DNA of 32,000 bases from Opitutia bacterium KCR 482 (GCA_029269845.2 CP149973.1:1860001-1892000); one strand, 5' to 3'. Positions 1-8,951 are shown, counted from the stretch's first letter. Program-made: numbers and translations. The notes: a model not told the origin generated them from the sequence alone.

Positions 1-375
1 ATAATAGGCAACCTTGCCGGCAACGAGCTTTTCGACGCGCTCGAAAAAAACCGCGCCATCGTGGACGCTCTCGAAGTCTATAAAACCGAAATCGCGCGGG
101 TCGAAAAGGACTGCGCGGCGGCGGCGGAATTCCGCAAAACGGGCGCGGACGCTGTCGTTTTCGCAAGCCCGTCGGCGGTGGAGGGCTTCGCTAAAAACGC
201 CGAAAACCTCGCGCTGTCGGCAAAGGCGGTTCGCCCGAAAATCGTGGCGATTGGCGCGAAGACTGCGGCGGCGGTCGAAAAATTCGGCATGAAAGTCGCC
301 GCGCAGGCTAAAAATCCATCTCCCGAAGCCGTCGCCGAGGCGGTTCTTTCGGCAGTCGGAATTTCCGAAAAATGA
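1..375 (+). CDS. hemD: uroporphyrinogen-III synthase, C-terminal part (5' end lies outside the window)
   Basis: Frame 1 is open from base 1 (IIGNLAGNELFDALEKNRAIVDALEVYKTE...) to the stop at 373-375. GADAVVFASPSAVEGF and KIVAIGAKTAAAVEKFG resemble the second-half HemD pattern. The stop overlaps the next start (ATGA). Confidence 0.55.
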   Translation: MIGNLAGNELFDALEKNRAIVDALEVYKTEIARVEKDCAAAAEFRKTGADAVVFASPSAVEGFAKNAENLALSAKAVRPKIVAIGAKTAAAVEKFGMKVAAQAKNPSPEAVAEAVLSAVGISEK

Positions 376-914
376 CGCGCGTTTTTATCTCGGCAGTCTT
401 GGCGTCGCTTGCGTGCATGCTCGCGGCGTCGTGCTCGAAAAGCGACGGGTCGGCGTTCCCGCCCGTTCCCGTCGTCGAAAAGGCGGACATCGACGGCCTG
501 TGGCTCATGTACGACGGCGACGAGCCCGAAACCGTGGTCGCGGTCTATCCGCGCGGCGGCAAACGCTACGCGAAAATGGTCGCAATCTACCACGACTCCA
601 AAATGGACGACACAATCGAAAAGCCGATTGAGCGCGCCAAGGGTCTCGACGGAAAGCCGCCGCTCTGCGGTCTCGATTTTGTGTGGGATTTGATTCCCTC
701 GTCGGACGGAAAATTCGTCGGCAAGGTCGTGAATCCCGACGACGGCGGCGTCTACCGCTGCAAACTCTGGTTCGACGCCGACTCAAAAAAACTCGTCCTG
801 CGCGGCGAGCTTTTTGTGTTCGGTGCGAACGAGTACCTCGTTCCGTTCGAGCAGTCGAAACTTCCGTTCAAACTCGACATCGCCAAGCTTTCGCCCAATC
901 CGCCGTGCTTGTAG
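372..914 (+). CDS. DUF2147-family lipoprotein
   Basis: 180-aa ORF with a signal peptide and a lipobox-like LAASC. The body (GLWLMYD...GKVVNPDDGGVYRCKLWFDADSKKLVLRGELFVFG) fits the DUF2147 pattern as I remember it. Confidence 0.65.
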   Translation: MTRVFISAVLASLACMLAASCSKSDGSAFPPVPVVEKADIDGLWLMYDGDEPETVVAVYPRGGKRYAKMVAIYHDSKMDDTIEKPIERAKGLDGKPPLCGLDFVWDLIPSSDGKFVGKVVNPDDGGVYRCKLWFDADSKKLVLRGELFVFGANEYLVPFEQSKLPFKLDIAKLSPNPPCL

Positions 915-1166
915 AAATGTTTGCGCTTTGTTCGGGTTTTGCCCGAATTTCGCAAGCGCAAAAAAAAGCTGGATTTTTCCCGAAATAAAGTCGATAATGC
1001 ACGCATCAAAGGGGCTGTTGATTCATTCGCGGTTTCCGTTTGCGCGAACGCGGATTCGCTTTTGAGGCGTCCGCGGCGGCGGCGCGGACGGAACGGAATT
1101 TCAACCGCTCCACGGCGACCGCCCGCAAAACGGCGAACTCCGCAATTTATCAAAAATTGACACGAC

Positions 1167-2456
1167 ATGACAAAAAACGTAATCAGCATAATCATGGGCG
1201 GCGGGCGCGGCACGCGTTTGTATCCGCTTACGAAATACCGTTGCAAGCCCGCAGTTCCGCTCGCGGGCAAGTACAGGCTTGTGGACATTCCCATTAGCAA
1301 CTGCATAAATTCGGGTTTCGACAGCATTTACCTGCTCTCCCAATTCAACACGGCGTCGCTGCACAAGCACATTCAGCAGACATACAAGTTCGACTCGTTC
1401 GGAAACGGCTTCGTCGATATTCTCGCGGCCGAGCAGACAGATTCAGGCGGAGACTGGTATCAGGGCACGGCGGACGCCGTCCGCAAAAACATGCACCACT
1501 TCGAACGCCACGGCGAAGTCTGCCACTACCTGATTCTATCGGGAGACCAGCTCTACCAGATGAATTTCAAGGAAATGCTCAACAGGCATATCGCAAACAA
1601 TGCCGACATCACAATCGCCGCAAAGCCCATGCCAAAAAGCGAAGCGCCGAGCCTCGGCGTAATGCGCGTAAACGACAACCTCGAAATCGTCGAATTCGCC
1701 GAAAAGCCGAAAGACGAAAAAGTCATCAACTCCTTCCTCGTAGGCGACAACCTCAAACACAACCTCAAAGACCCAAATGCCGACTACTGCTTGGCGTCGA
1801 TGGGCATTTACATCTTCTCGCAGCACGTCTTGGAAGAGGCGATGTCGGGCAGCGAAATGGACTTCGGCAAGGAAATTATCCCCGGACTGCTCGGCAAGAA
1901 AAAACTCTGCGCCTACATCTTCGACGGCTATTGGGAAGACATCGGCACGGTAGGCGCGTTCTTCGAGGCGAACCTCGCCCTCACCGAACCCAACCCCGAA
2001 TTCGACTTCCACAAGCAGGACAAACCCATCTACACGCACTGCCGCTTCCTCCCCGGTGCGAAAATCTTCGGCACGAAAATCGACAGGGCGAACGTCGCGG
2101 ACGGGTCGGTCATTCGCGCGGACTCGCTCGAACGTTGCGTAATCGGGATTCGCTCGATTATCGAGGGCGGAACGTCGCTCAAAAACGTGATAATGATGGG
2201 CGCGGACTACTACGAATCGCAGGAGGAGCGCGAGTACAACGTTTCGAGGGGCGTGCCGCCAATCGGAATAGGGCGGAACTGCAAAATCGAAAACGCGATT
2301 ATCGACAAAAACGCGCGTATCGGCGACAACTGCGTGCTAAGCCCGAAAGGCAAGCCCGACAAATGGGAGGCGGAAGGCCTCTATGTAAGGGACGGCGTTC
2401 TGATTGTAACGAAGCAGGCTGTAATCAACTCTGGAACAATCGTAGACGGGGCGTGA
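1167..2456 (+). CDS. glgC: glucose-1-phosphate adenylyltransferase
   Basis: 429-aa ORF. The N-terminal nucleotidyltransferase motif is [43 protein letters not shown], followed by WYQGTADAV and a C-terminal beta-helix-like region. The last three codons and the stop (2445-2456) lie in the first arm of the downstream repeat. Confidence 0.93.
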   Translation: MTKNVISIIMGGGRGTRLYPLTKYRCKPAVPLAGKYRLVDIPISNCINSGFDSIYLLSQFNTASLHKHIQQTYKFDSFGNGFVDILAAEQTDSGGDWYQGTADAVRKNMHHFERHGEVCHYLILSGDQLYQMNFKEMLNRHIANNADITIAAKPMPKSEAPSLGVMRVNDNLEIVEFAEKPKDEKVINSFLVGDNLKHNLKDPNADYCLASMGIYIFSQHVLEEAMSGSEMDFGKEIIPGLLGKKKLCAYIFDGYWEDIGTVGAFFEANLALTEPNPEFDFHKQDKPIYTHCRFLPGAKIFGTKIDRANVADGSVIRADSLERCVIGIRSIIEGGTSLKNVIMMGADYYESQEEREYNVSRGVPPIGIGRNCKIENAIIDKNARIGDNCVLSPKGKPDKWEAEGLYVRDGVLIVTKQAVINSGTIVDGA

Positions 2457-2810
2457 AAGCACCGCCCTACGGCGTTTCTTGACGGGGCGTGAAAGCACCG
2501 TTGATGCGGCGTTTCGCGAGTGTCTCAGACTGCTCGCGTACGTCAGTACGCCACGCACCCTGAGCCACTCGCAAAGCCACCGCCTGAACGGCACTTTGAC
2601 GCCCCTAAAAAGTGAGCGCACGGCGCACGAAGATTTTAGAATGCGCTGGGATAAAAGTTGGGTAGGGCGTTTCGTCAGCTACCGTAGCGTTGGGAAATCC
2701 GAGTACGTCCCTAAAATTACAGAAAGCCACCGCCTGAACGGCACTCTAACGCGCCTAAAATTACAGCGCACGGCGCGAAGATTTTAGAGTGCTTTGGGAT
2801 AAAAGTATAG
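2445..2810 (+). repeat. array of long-hairpin repeat units, locus A: partial left arm 2445-2480, complete unit 2484-2605, tail 2606-2662, 5'-truncated unit ~2663-2755, tail 2756-2810
   Basis: The 20-nt GACGGGGCGTGAAAGCACCG occurs at 2445 and 2481. The 33-nt right arm AAAGCCACCGCCTGAACGGCACT.T.ACGC.CC occurs at 2573-2605 and 2723-2755. Each right arm is followed by a similar tail (TAAAA..GCGCACGGCGC..GATTTTAGA.TGC..GGGATAAAAGT). The same unit types recur at 16522-16868. Confidence 0.85.
2484..2605 (+). repeat. complete 122-nt long-hairpin unit A1
   Basis: The outer 17-nt arms GGGGCGTGAAAGCACCG and CGGCACTTTGACGCCCC are imperfect inverted repeats. The middle arms are GCGGCGTTTCGCGAGTG/CACTCGCAAAGCCACCGC and CTCAG/CTGAG. 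The apical stem is GCGTAC-GTCA-GTACGC. Confidence 0.85.
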
Positions 2811-2821
2811 CATATTGCATA

Positions 2822-2862
2822 GCGGAGAATCCTTGTTTGCGGATTCCCGCTTTTTCTTTTTT
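2822..2862 (+). terminator. rho-independent terminator-like hairpin inside the composite repeat (probable glgC terminator)
   Basis: GCGGAGAATCC-TTGTTTGC-GGATTCCCGC is followed by TTTTTCTTTTTT. A homologous hairpin with a T-run lies at 16879-16911. Confidence 0.6.
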
Positions 2863-2863
2863 A

Positions 2864-3226
2864 TCCGCGCAAAGCGCGTCTATTTTTTACCTGTTTCTCT
2901 CTAATGTTCGGCAATTTTAATCCTAGTAATTGGCGAAGCCAATACGGACTGATACAGAAAAGGCGCGGTTATAGCTGCGCCGCATAACAATTAAAAGGAG
3001 CGAAGCTCCGAAGAAAGGCGCGGCTCGCGCTCGAAGCTCCGACGGCTGGCGCACCTTGCGTCCGCGGCTCGCGCCCGTGTAGGCTGTTAGTCTGCCCAGC
3101 GGGGGGACAGGCGGGAGTTTTCGTGGTAGCGAAAACCGCCTTTTGGGGGCGGCAAGCCCCCTCTGTTGACCGGCGCGGCTCGCGCCCAAAAAAGGGTTGC
3201 GTTTGGTTTTGGGGGGTGGATAATGG
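2864..3226 (+). repeat. composite-repeat module 2, copy A (series of short GC-rich stem-loops; candidate structured RNA or DNA element)
   Basis: It shares ordered blocks with 16917-17186: TCCGCGCAAAGCGCGTCT; TAGTAATTG..CAATACGGACT; GGCGCGGTTATAGC.GCGCCGCATAA; AAAGGAGCGAAGCTCCGA; CCGGCGCGGCTCGCGCCCGTG.AGGCTG; GGGG.GGATAATGG. Copy A is longer and carries the GGCGCG-GCT-CGCGCC hairpin motif three times (3017-3030, 3062-3076, 3170-3187). Confidence 0.75.
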
Positions 3227-3247
3227 GGAGAAAATAATTGAACAGGT

Positions 3248-4426
3248 ATGAATCAGATTGATATATTCGGGCAGAACGCCGAGGTTTTTATCGGCGCGGA
3301 GGATTTGAAGGAGAAGCTTGCGGCTGGCAAGCGGTTGCGCGTCAAGTTGGGGGTAGACCCGACGCGCCCCGACCTCACGTTCGGGCACATGGTCGTTTTC
3401 AACAAACTGCGCCAGTTTCAGGATTTGGGGCATCAGGCGGTTTTGATTATCGGCGACTACACCGCATGTATCGGAGATCCCAGCGGTAGGAGCGCATTGC
3501 GCCCCGTCTTGACGCGCGAAGAGGTCATGGAAAACGCAAAGACCTACCTTGCGCAGGCGTTCAAGATTCTGGACGAATCGCGCACGGAGGTGCACTATAA
3601 CAGCGAGTGGTTCGGGGGAATGTCGTTCGGCGACCTGCTGAACCTCGCCCGCAAAATGACGGTCGCGAGAATGCTCGAACGCGACGACTTCGCAAAACGC
3701 TACGCGTCGAAGACGCCGATTTCGATAGTCGAATTTTTGTACCCGCTCGTGCAGGGCTACGACTCTGTTATGATAGAGTCCGACGTGGAGCTTGGCGGAA
3801 CCGACCAGCTTTTCAACAACCTTGTCGGGCGCGACTTGCAGCGCGACGCAGGGCAGTCGGGGCAGGCGGTAATCACAATGCCGCTTCTCGTGGGCTTGGA
3901 CGGCGAAAAGAAGATGTCGAAAAGCTACGGCAACTACATTGCGTTCAACGACTCCCCGCGCGACATGTTCGGGAAAATCATGTCCGTCGGCGACGACACG
4001 ATGTGGAAATACTACCAGTACCTTTTGCTCGAAACGCCCGAACAGATTGAGCGCATGAAGTCGGAACACCCGATGAAATGCAAGAAGAATCTGGCGTGTC
4101 TTATGGTCTCGCGCTTCTTCGGCGCGGACGTCGGCAGGGCTGAGCTTGAAAACTTCGAAAAGGTCTTTTCGAAAAACGAAATTCCCGACGAAATGCCCGA
4201 ATTTGCGTGGGATTCCGTCGCGCAGTCCGACAGCGCGCCGATTGTCAACGTCATGGCGGAGACAAAGCTTTTCCCGAGCAAGAAGGAGGTCCGCAGACTC
4301 ATCGAACAGGGCGCGGTAAAGCTCGATTCCGAGCGCGTTTCCGACCCGTTCCTTGCGCTGTCGCGCCCCGTAAATCCGCTGGTGTTGCAGGCGGGAAAGC
4401 GCGTGTTTTTCAGAATAATCCCGTAA
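3248..4426 (+). CDS. tyrS: tyrosine--tRNA ligase
   Basis: 392-aa ORF with a class I HIGH-region variant (PDLTFGH), GDPSGRS, the KMSKS motif (KMSKSYGNYI) and a C-terminal S4-like domain (EVRRLIEQGAVKLD). Confidence 0.93.
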   Translation: MNQIDIFGQNAEVFIGAEDLKEKLAAGKRLRVKLGVDPTRPDLTFGHMVVFNKLRQFQDLGHQAVLIIGDYTACIGDPSGRSALRPVLTREEVMENAKTYLAQAFKILDESRTEVHYNSEWFGGMSFGDLLNLARKMTVARMLERDDFAKRYASKTPISIVEFLYPLVQGYDSVMIESDVELGGTDQLFNNLVGRDLQRDAGQSGQAVITMPLLVGLDGEKKMSKSYGNYIAFNDSPRDMFGKIMSVGDDTMWKYYQYLLLETPEQIERMKSEHPMKCKKNLACLMVSRFFGADVGRAELENFEKVFSKNEIPDEMPEFAWDSVAQSDSAPIVNVMAETKLFPSKKEVRRLIEQGAVKLDSERVSDPFLALSRPVNPLVLQAGKRVFFRIIP

Positions 4427-4447
4427 TCTTGGGCAACCCGATTTTGC

Positions 4448-4478
4448 GCGGCTAACCGTTTGGAAAGCCGCTTTTTTT
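4448..4478 (+). terminator. rho-independent terminator after tyrS
   Basis: The stem is GCGGCT (4448-4453) / AGCCGC (4466-4471), followed by T7 (4472-4478). It abuts the ATG of the next gene at 4479. Confidence 0.6.
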
Positions 4479-5849
4479 ATGAAAGACGAGGAAGTAAAGG
4501 CATTGGGCGAAGCCCGAATCGGGAGCTTGCTTGTCCGCTACTCGACACCCTCTATTGTGGCGACCGTCGTCAGCGCGACATACAATGTCATCGACCGCAT
4601 ATTCGTGGGGCGCGTGTGCGGCGCGGACGCGCTTGCGGCTATAACCGTGTGCTTTTCGCCCGCGCTGTTTCTGCTCGCCCTCGCGATGACGATAGGTCAG
4701 GGGAGCGCGACGCTCGTTTCGATAAAACTCGGCGAGGGCGACAGGCGCGGGGCGGAGCGCGTGCTGGGGCTGGCGGTGTTCATGTTCTTCGCCTTCTACG
4801 CAATTACCGCGACGCTCGTGCTGTGCAACATGGATTCCGTCCTCAGGTTTTTCGGCGCGACGGAGCGGATTCTCCCCGACGCAAAGGCTTATTATTCCAT
4901 AATAATAGGAGGGCTGATTTTTGAAAAAATATCATTTGGCGTAAACAATCTGATACGCGCGGAGGGTCGCCCGACATATTCGATGGCTACAATAATAATC
5001 GGGGGAGTTGCGAACGTAATTTTGGATTGGCTGTTCATGTGCAAATTCGGCTGGGGGATACGCGGGGCGGCGTTGGCGACAATCTCGGCGCAGGCATGCG
5101 GAACGGTCTGGGTTTGCGCGTTCTATTTCTGCGGGCGGAGCTATTTGAAAATCAGGCTGAAAAACCTGCGGGCGCACTTCGACCTCATGGCGTCGATGCT
5201 GTACGCAGGCTCGCCGAGCCTGATTATTCAGGGGCTGTCGAGCGCGGCTACGATGATGTTCGTAAGGCAGGCGCGGGTGTACGGGTCGGAGTCGGCAATA
5301 GCGGTGGTTGGCATTTGTATGACGGCGACAATGTTCATATTTCTGCCCGTCGTGGGGCTGTCGATGGGCGCTCAGCCGATAATAGGCTACAACCGCGGGG
5401 CGCGGAATCCCGAACGCGTGCGCTCGGCGTTGCGGCTTTCGCTGGCGGCGGGTTCTGCGATATGCTGCGCGGGATTCGTCGCCACGCAGGCGTTTCCCGA
5501 CGCGATTTTTTCGATATTCCTTCCGTCGGATTCTCCGCTGATTCCCACGGGCGAACGCGCAATGCGCCTGCTCACGCTCTGCTGTCCGCTAATCGGGGTG
5601 AATATTGTGGCCTCTGGATATTTTCAGGCGGTGAAACGCCCGATATTTTCCATTTTGATAACGGTCGTGCGTCAGGTTTTGTTCCTCGTGCCGTTCCTGT
5701 ACCTGCTGCCGAAATTCATGTCGCTCGACGGAATTTGGGCGAGTTTTGCGGCTTCCGACTTCATGGCGTTCCTGTTTTCGGCGGCGGTTGTCGCTCGGGA
5801 AATGCGGAACTTGCGCGGAAGGTCGGTTTATTCGGCGGAAAAGTGTTGA
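4479..5849 (+). CDS. MATE-family efflux transporter
   Basis: 456-aa polytopic membrane ORF with about 12 hydrophobic segments. The N-terminus (LLVRYSTPSIVATVVSATYNVIDRIFVGRVCGADALAA) is typical of MATE/NorM-type proteins. Confidence 0.85.
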   Translation: MKDEEVKALGEARIGSLLVRYSTPSIVATVVSATYNVIDRIFVGRVCGADALAAITVCFSPALFLLALAMTIGQGSATLVSIKLGEGDRRGAERVLGLAVFMFFAFYAITATLVLCNMDSVLRFFGATERILPDAKAYYSIIIGGLIFEKISFGVNNLIRAEGRPTYSMATIIIGGVANVILDWLFMCKFGWGIRGAALATISAQACGTVWVCAFYFCGRSYLKIRLKNLRAHFDLMASMLYAGSPSLIIQGLSSAATMMFVRQARVYGSESAIAVVGICMTATMFIFLPVVGLSMGAQPIIGYNRGARNPERVRSALRLSLAAGSAICCAGFVATQAFPDAIFSIFLPSDSPLIPTGERAMRLLTLCCPLIGVNIVASGYFQAVKRPIFSILITVVRQVLFLVPFLYLLPKFMSLDGIWASFAASDFMAFLFSAAVVAREMRNLRGRSVYSAEKC

Positions 5850-5882
5850 AATGCGCGGCAATTTGTAAATTATGGAGACGAT

Positions 5883-7085
5883 ATGATAAGAAGGGCATTT
5901 TTAGGTATTTTGTTCGCGACACTCGGCTGCGCCGGCGCGTTCGCGCAACGCGACATCGACATTCAAATCGAGGGCAGGGGACAGCGTCTGAACGTCCCCG
6001 TTTACAGGGTTGCGATTACTTCGGACGACCAGTCGCTGCTCGCCGACGCAAAACGCGCGTTCGGACTGCACGGCAGCTACATTGTCTCGACCCCCGCAAA
6101 TGCGCAGTTTACGTTCTCGTTCACAAAGGCGGGCGCGACGGCGGTCAAGGTGGCAATCCGCGGCGGAACGTTGTTCGAGCAAATCTGCACGGGCGAAAGC
6201 ATGACGGCCGCTCTCATGAAAGCGTGCGACGTTGCGGTCAACCGCACGCTCGGAAAACCGGGGTTCTTCGCGGGGAAAATCGTGTTCTCGTACTCCCGCA
6301 ACGGCGGAAAAAACACGGACATCTGCATGTCGGACATGGTCTTCAAGCGCGTCAGAATGCTCACAAACGACAAGTCCGACTCTCTCCTGCCGCACTTCTC
6401 GCCCGACGGCCGCAAGGTGATGTACACGGGCTACTATCGCTCCGGCTTCATGGACCTTTTCCAAATCGACCTTGCGGCAAACTCGCGCAAGCCGTTCGCG
6501 TCGTACAAGGGCAGCAACACGGGCGGAGACTTCTCGCCCGACGGCAAAAAAGTCGCGATGATTCTCACAGCAACGGGCAACGCGGAAATCTGGACGGCGA
6601 ACGCAAACGGCACGGGCTTCCGCCGCCTCACGAAAACCTCCGCGACGGAATCGACGGCGAGCTTTTCGCCCGACGGCTCGAAAATCCTCTTCGCCGCCGA
6701 CAACCGCGGCTCGCCGCAAATCTACACAATGCCCGCAAACGGGGGGCGTCCGAGCGTGGTGCGCACAAACATCAGCCGCTACTGTTCCGAACCCGCGTGG
6801 AATCCGAAAGACCCCAATAAAATCGTGTTCACGCTGGCGCAGGGGCGCGGATTTCAGGTGGCGGTCTACGATTTCTCCAAGCGCGTTTCGGAGGTCGTAA
6901 GCGCGGGCGAAAGCACGTCTACGCCGCGCTGGCTCAACGACGGCCGCCACATAATCTGCGCAAAGGCGCGCGGCAAAAACCGCCAGCTCTACATTATCGA
7001 CACCGAAACAAAGAGGCAGGCGCCGCTCCACACGGCGTCGTTCGGCTCGGCGAAAGAGCCAGATTTCGTGTACAACCCCCGCTAA
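5883..7085 (+). CDS. TolB-like periplasmic beta-propeller protein (PD40 repeats)
   Basis: It has a signal peptide (MIRRAFLGILFATLGCAGAFA) and repeated PD40-type motifs FSPDGRKVMYTG, FSPDGKKVAMI, FSPDGSKILFAA and WNPKDPNKIVF. GGAGA lies upstream of the ATG. Confidence 0.7.
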   Translation: MIRRAFLGILFATLGCAGAFAQRDIDIQIEGRGQRLNVPVYRVAITSDDQSLLADAKRAFGLHGSYIVSTPANAQFTFSFTKAGATAVKVAIRGGTLFEQICTGESMTAALMKACDVAVNRTLGKPGFFAGKIVFSYSRNGGKNTDICMSDMVFKRVRMLTNDKSDSLLPHFSPDGRKVMYTGYYRSGFMDLFQIDLAANSRKPFASYKGSNTGGDFSPDGKKVAMILTATGNAEIWTANANGTGFRRLTKTSATESTASFSPDGSKILFAADNRGSPQIYTMPANGGRPSVVRTNISRYCSEPAWNPKDPNKIVFTLAQGRGFQVAVYDFSKRVSEVVSAGESTSTPRWLNDGRHIICAKARGKNRQLYIIDTETKRQAPLHTASFGSAKEPDFVYNPR

Positions 7086-7095
7086 TTTTCCAGTC

Positions 7096-7701
7096 ATGAC
7101 AATCGCCACACTCGACCTCGAAGGGGTTTTGATTCCCGAAATCTGGATTGCGTTTGCGGAGGCGTCGGGCATTTCCGAACTCCGCCTCACCACGCGCGAC
7201 GAGCCCGACTACGACAAACTCATGAAGTACCGTCTGGACATTCTCGCAAAACGCGGAATAAAACTCGGCGACATCTCCAAAATAATCGCGACCCTCGAAC
7301 CCCTCGACGGCGCGCGCGAATTCATGCAGTGGCTGCGCTCGCGCACAAGGGTGGTAATTCTCTCCGACACTTTCGAGCAGTTCGCCGCGCCCCTCATGGC
7401 AAAGCTCGACTACCCGTCGCTGTTCTGCCACGAGCTTGTTATCGCCCCCGACGGCACTGTCGCAGACTACAAACTCAGAATGGCGGACCAGAAGCGCAGG
7501 GCGGTCGAGGCGTTCAAATCGCTCAACTTCAAGGTGGTCTCGACGGGCGATTCGTACAACGATCTTTCGATGCTCCGCGCCGCCGACCGCGCGGTTCTCT
7601 ACCGCCCGACCGAAAAGTTTGCGGCGGAAAATTCCGACCTGCCCGTCGCGCGCGACTACGACTCGCTCAAAGCGGCGTTCGCAAAATTCTTGGACGAATA
7701 A
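7096..7701 (+). CDS. thrH: ThrH-type phosphoserine phosphatase / homoserine phosphotransferase (HAD superfamily)
   Basis: 201 aa. LDLEGVLIPEIWIAFAE...TTRDEPDYDKLMKYRLDIL...VVILSDTFEQFAAPLM...GDSYNDLSML is near-colinear with Pseudomonas aeruginosa ThrH as I recall it. Confidence 0.8.
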   Translation: MTIATLDLEGVLIPEIWIAFAEASGISELRLTTRDEPDYDKLMKYRLDILAKRGIKLGDISKIIATLEPLDGAREFMQWLRSRTRVVILSDTFEQFAAPLMAKLDYPSLFCHELVIAPDGTVADYKLRMADQKRRAVEAFKSLNFKVVSTGDSYNDLSMLRAADRAVLYRPTEKFAAENSDLPVARDYDSLKAAFAKFLDE

Positions 7702-7734
7702 ACACGGATAATTTTTAATAGAAAAGGCTACATT

Positions 7735-8937
7735 ATGGCAACAAAGAAAAATATCGGCCGCTACGCCGCGCGCGGAGTTTCGGCGGGCAAGGAGGAAGTC
7801 CACGCGGCAGTGGACAAGCTCGACCAGGGCGTTTTCAAGGGCGCGTTCTGCAAAATCACGGAGGACTTTCTGACGGGTTCGAAAGCCAAGTGCAACGTCA
7901 TACACTCCGACGGCAGCGGCACGAAGTCAATCATAGCGTACCTCCAATACAGGGAAACGGGCGACGCATCGGTATTCAGGGGAATCTCGCAGGATTCCAT
8001 CGTGATGAACATAGACGACCTTCTCTGCATCGGCGCGGTCGAGCGCATTCTGCTTTCCAACACCGTAAACCGCAACGCCAGGAATTTTTCGGGCAAGGCT
8101 CTTGCGGAGCTTATTTTGGGCTCGGAGGACTTCCTCGCAAAACTCAGAAAACTCGGCGTTAAAATCTATTCCGGCGGCGGCGAAACGGCGGACGTGGGCG
8201 ACCTCACGGGTGCGGTCGTCGTGGACAGCTGCGCGGTCGCCGTGATGAAGCGCGACAACGTGATTACGGGCGCGGACATCAAGCCGAACCTCGCGATTGT
8301 CGGGCTTTCGTCGGCGGGGCGCGCAACGTACGAAGACTTCGAAAACAGCGGCATAGGCTCGAACGGGCTTACGAGCGCGCGCCACGATATGCTCTGCCCC
8401 TACTACCGCGAAAAATACCCCGAAACCTACGATTCCAATACCGACAAAAACCTCGTCTACTGCGGGCCGCACAAGCTCGAAGACAAGCTTGAAGGCTCGG
8501 ACATGACCGTCGGTCAGGCTCTGCTTTCCCCCACGCGCACCTATGCGCCCGTCGTGATGAAAATCATGAAAAAGTATCCGAATTTGATAAAAGGGCTTGT
8601 CCATTGCTCTGGCGGCGGACAGACGAAATGCCTGCGCTTCGGAAAGGGCGTCCACTTTGTGAAAGACAACCTTCTGCCCGTCCCGCCGATTTTCAGGGCA
8701 ATCCAAAAGGCGAGCGGCACGACCGACCGCGAAATGTTCGAAGTGTACAACATGGGACACCGCATGGAGGTATACTGCAAAAAGTCGGACGCAAAGAAGG
8801 TCGTGGAAATTGCGGAGTCTTTCGGAATCGCCGCGCAGGTAGTGGGCTACACCGAAAAATCCGCGCGCGCCGACGGCAAAAACCATGCAAGCATTAAATA
8901 CGGTTCGAAGAAAATAGAGTACGGACCGAGAGATTAA
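7735..8937 (+). CDS. purM: phosphoribosylformylglycinamidine cyclo-ligase (long-form AIR synthase)
   Basis: 400 aa. [29 protein letters not shown] and [10 protein letters not shown] match the ~390-aa PurM type seen in Bacteroidetes-like lineages (from memory). Confidence 0.8.
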   Translation: MATKKNIGRYAARGVSAGKEEVHAAVDKLDQGVFKGAFCKITEDFLTGSKAKCNVIHSDGSGTKSIIAYLQYRETGDASVFRGISQDSIVMNIDDLLCIGAVERILLSNTVNRNARNFSGKALAELILGSEDFLAKLRKLGVKIYSGGGETADVGDLTGAVVVDSCAVAVMKRDNVITGADIKPNLAIVGLSSAGRATYEDFENSGIGSNGLTSARHDMLCPYYREKYPETYDSNTDKNLVYCGPHKLEDKLEGSDMTVGQALLSPTRTYAPVVMKIMKKYPNLIKGLVHCSGGGQTKCLRFGKGVHFVKDNLLPVPPIFRAIQKASGTTDREMFEVYNMGHRMEVYCKKSDAKKVVEIAESFGIAAQVVGYTEKSARADGKNHASIKYGSKKIEYGPRD

Positions 8938-8951
8938 ACGGAGTTTTCGAA

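Noticed and set aside
2484-2605. Possible integron attC sites, given the imperfect palindromes with conserved mismatches
   Set aside because: There is no intI and there are no cassette ORFs between the units. I could not identify RYYYAAC/GTTRRRY core sites. The units sit in the 3' regions of housekeeping genes. I keep only the general analogy to a folded-DNA substrate.
2445-2810. Possible CRISPR array, given the tandem repeated sequence blocks
   Set aside because: The repeating units are ~122-nt hairpins plus conserved tails, not 25-40 nt repeats separated by unique spacers. The spacing is irregular and no cas genes are present.
2923-3189. Small minus-strand ORFs in repeat module 2 (2923..3189 and 16976..17170) with similar C-termini (..GASLL.IVMRRSYNRAF..VRIGFANY versus ..GASLLSVIMRRGYNRAY..VRIATGNY)
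   Set aside because: The similarity only reflects the nucleotide repeat. Differences between the copies are paired, stem-preserving changes (IGFAN versus IATGN arises from the hairpin flip), not synonymous drift. The N-terminal parts are unrelated and of low complexity.
3190-3247. Possible T-box or other leader upstream of tyrS (GGGTGG within GGGGGGTGGATAATGG)
   Set aside because: It lacks the rest of the T-box consensus (..GGGTGGNACCGCG) and has no specifier or antiterminator architecture. The same block also occurs at 17171-17186, where no aminoacyl-tRNA synthetase gene follows.
5027-6820. 597-aa plus-strand ORF spanning the MATE and TolB-like genes
   Set aside because: It is out of frame with two well-supported genes. 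Its Arg/Gly/Ala-rich low-complexity composition is typical of shadow ORFs in ~60% GC DNA, and it has no recognizable motifs.
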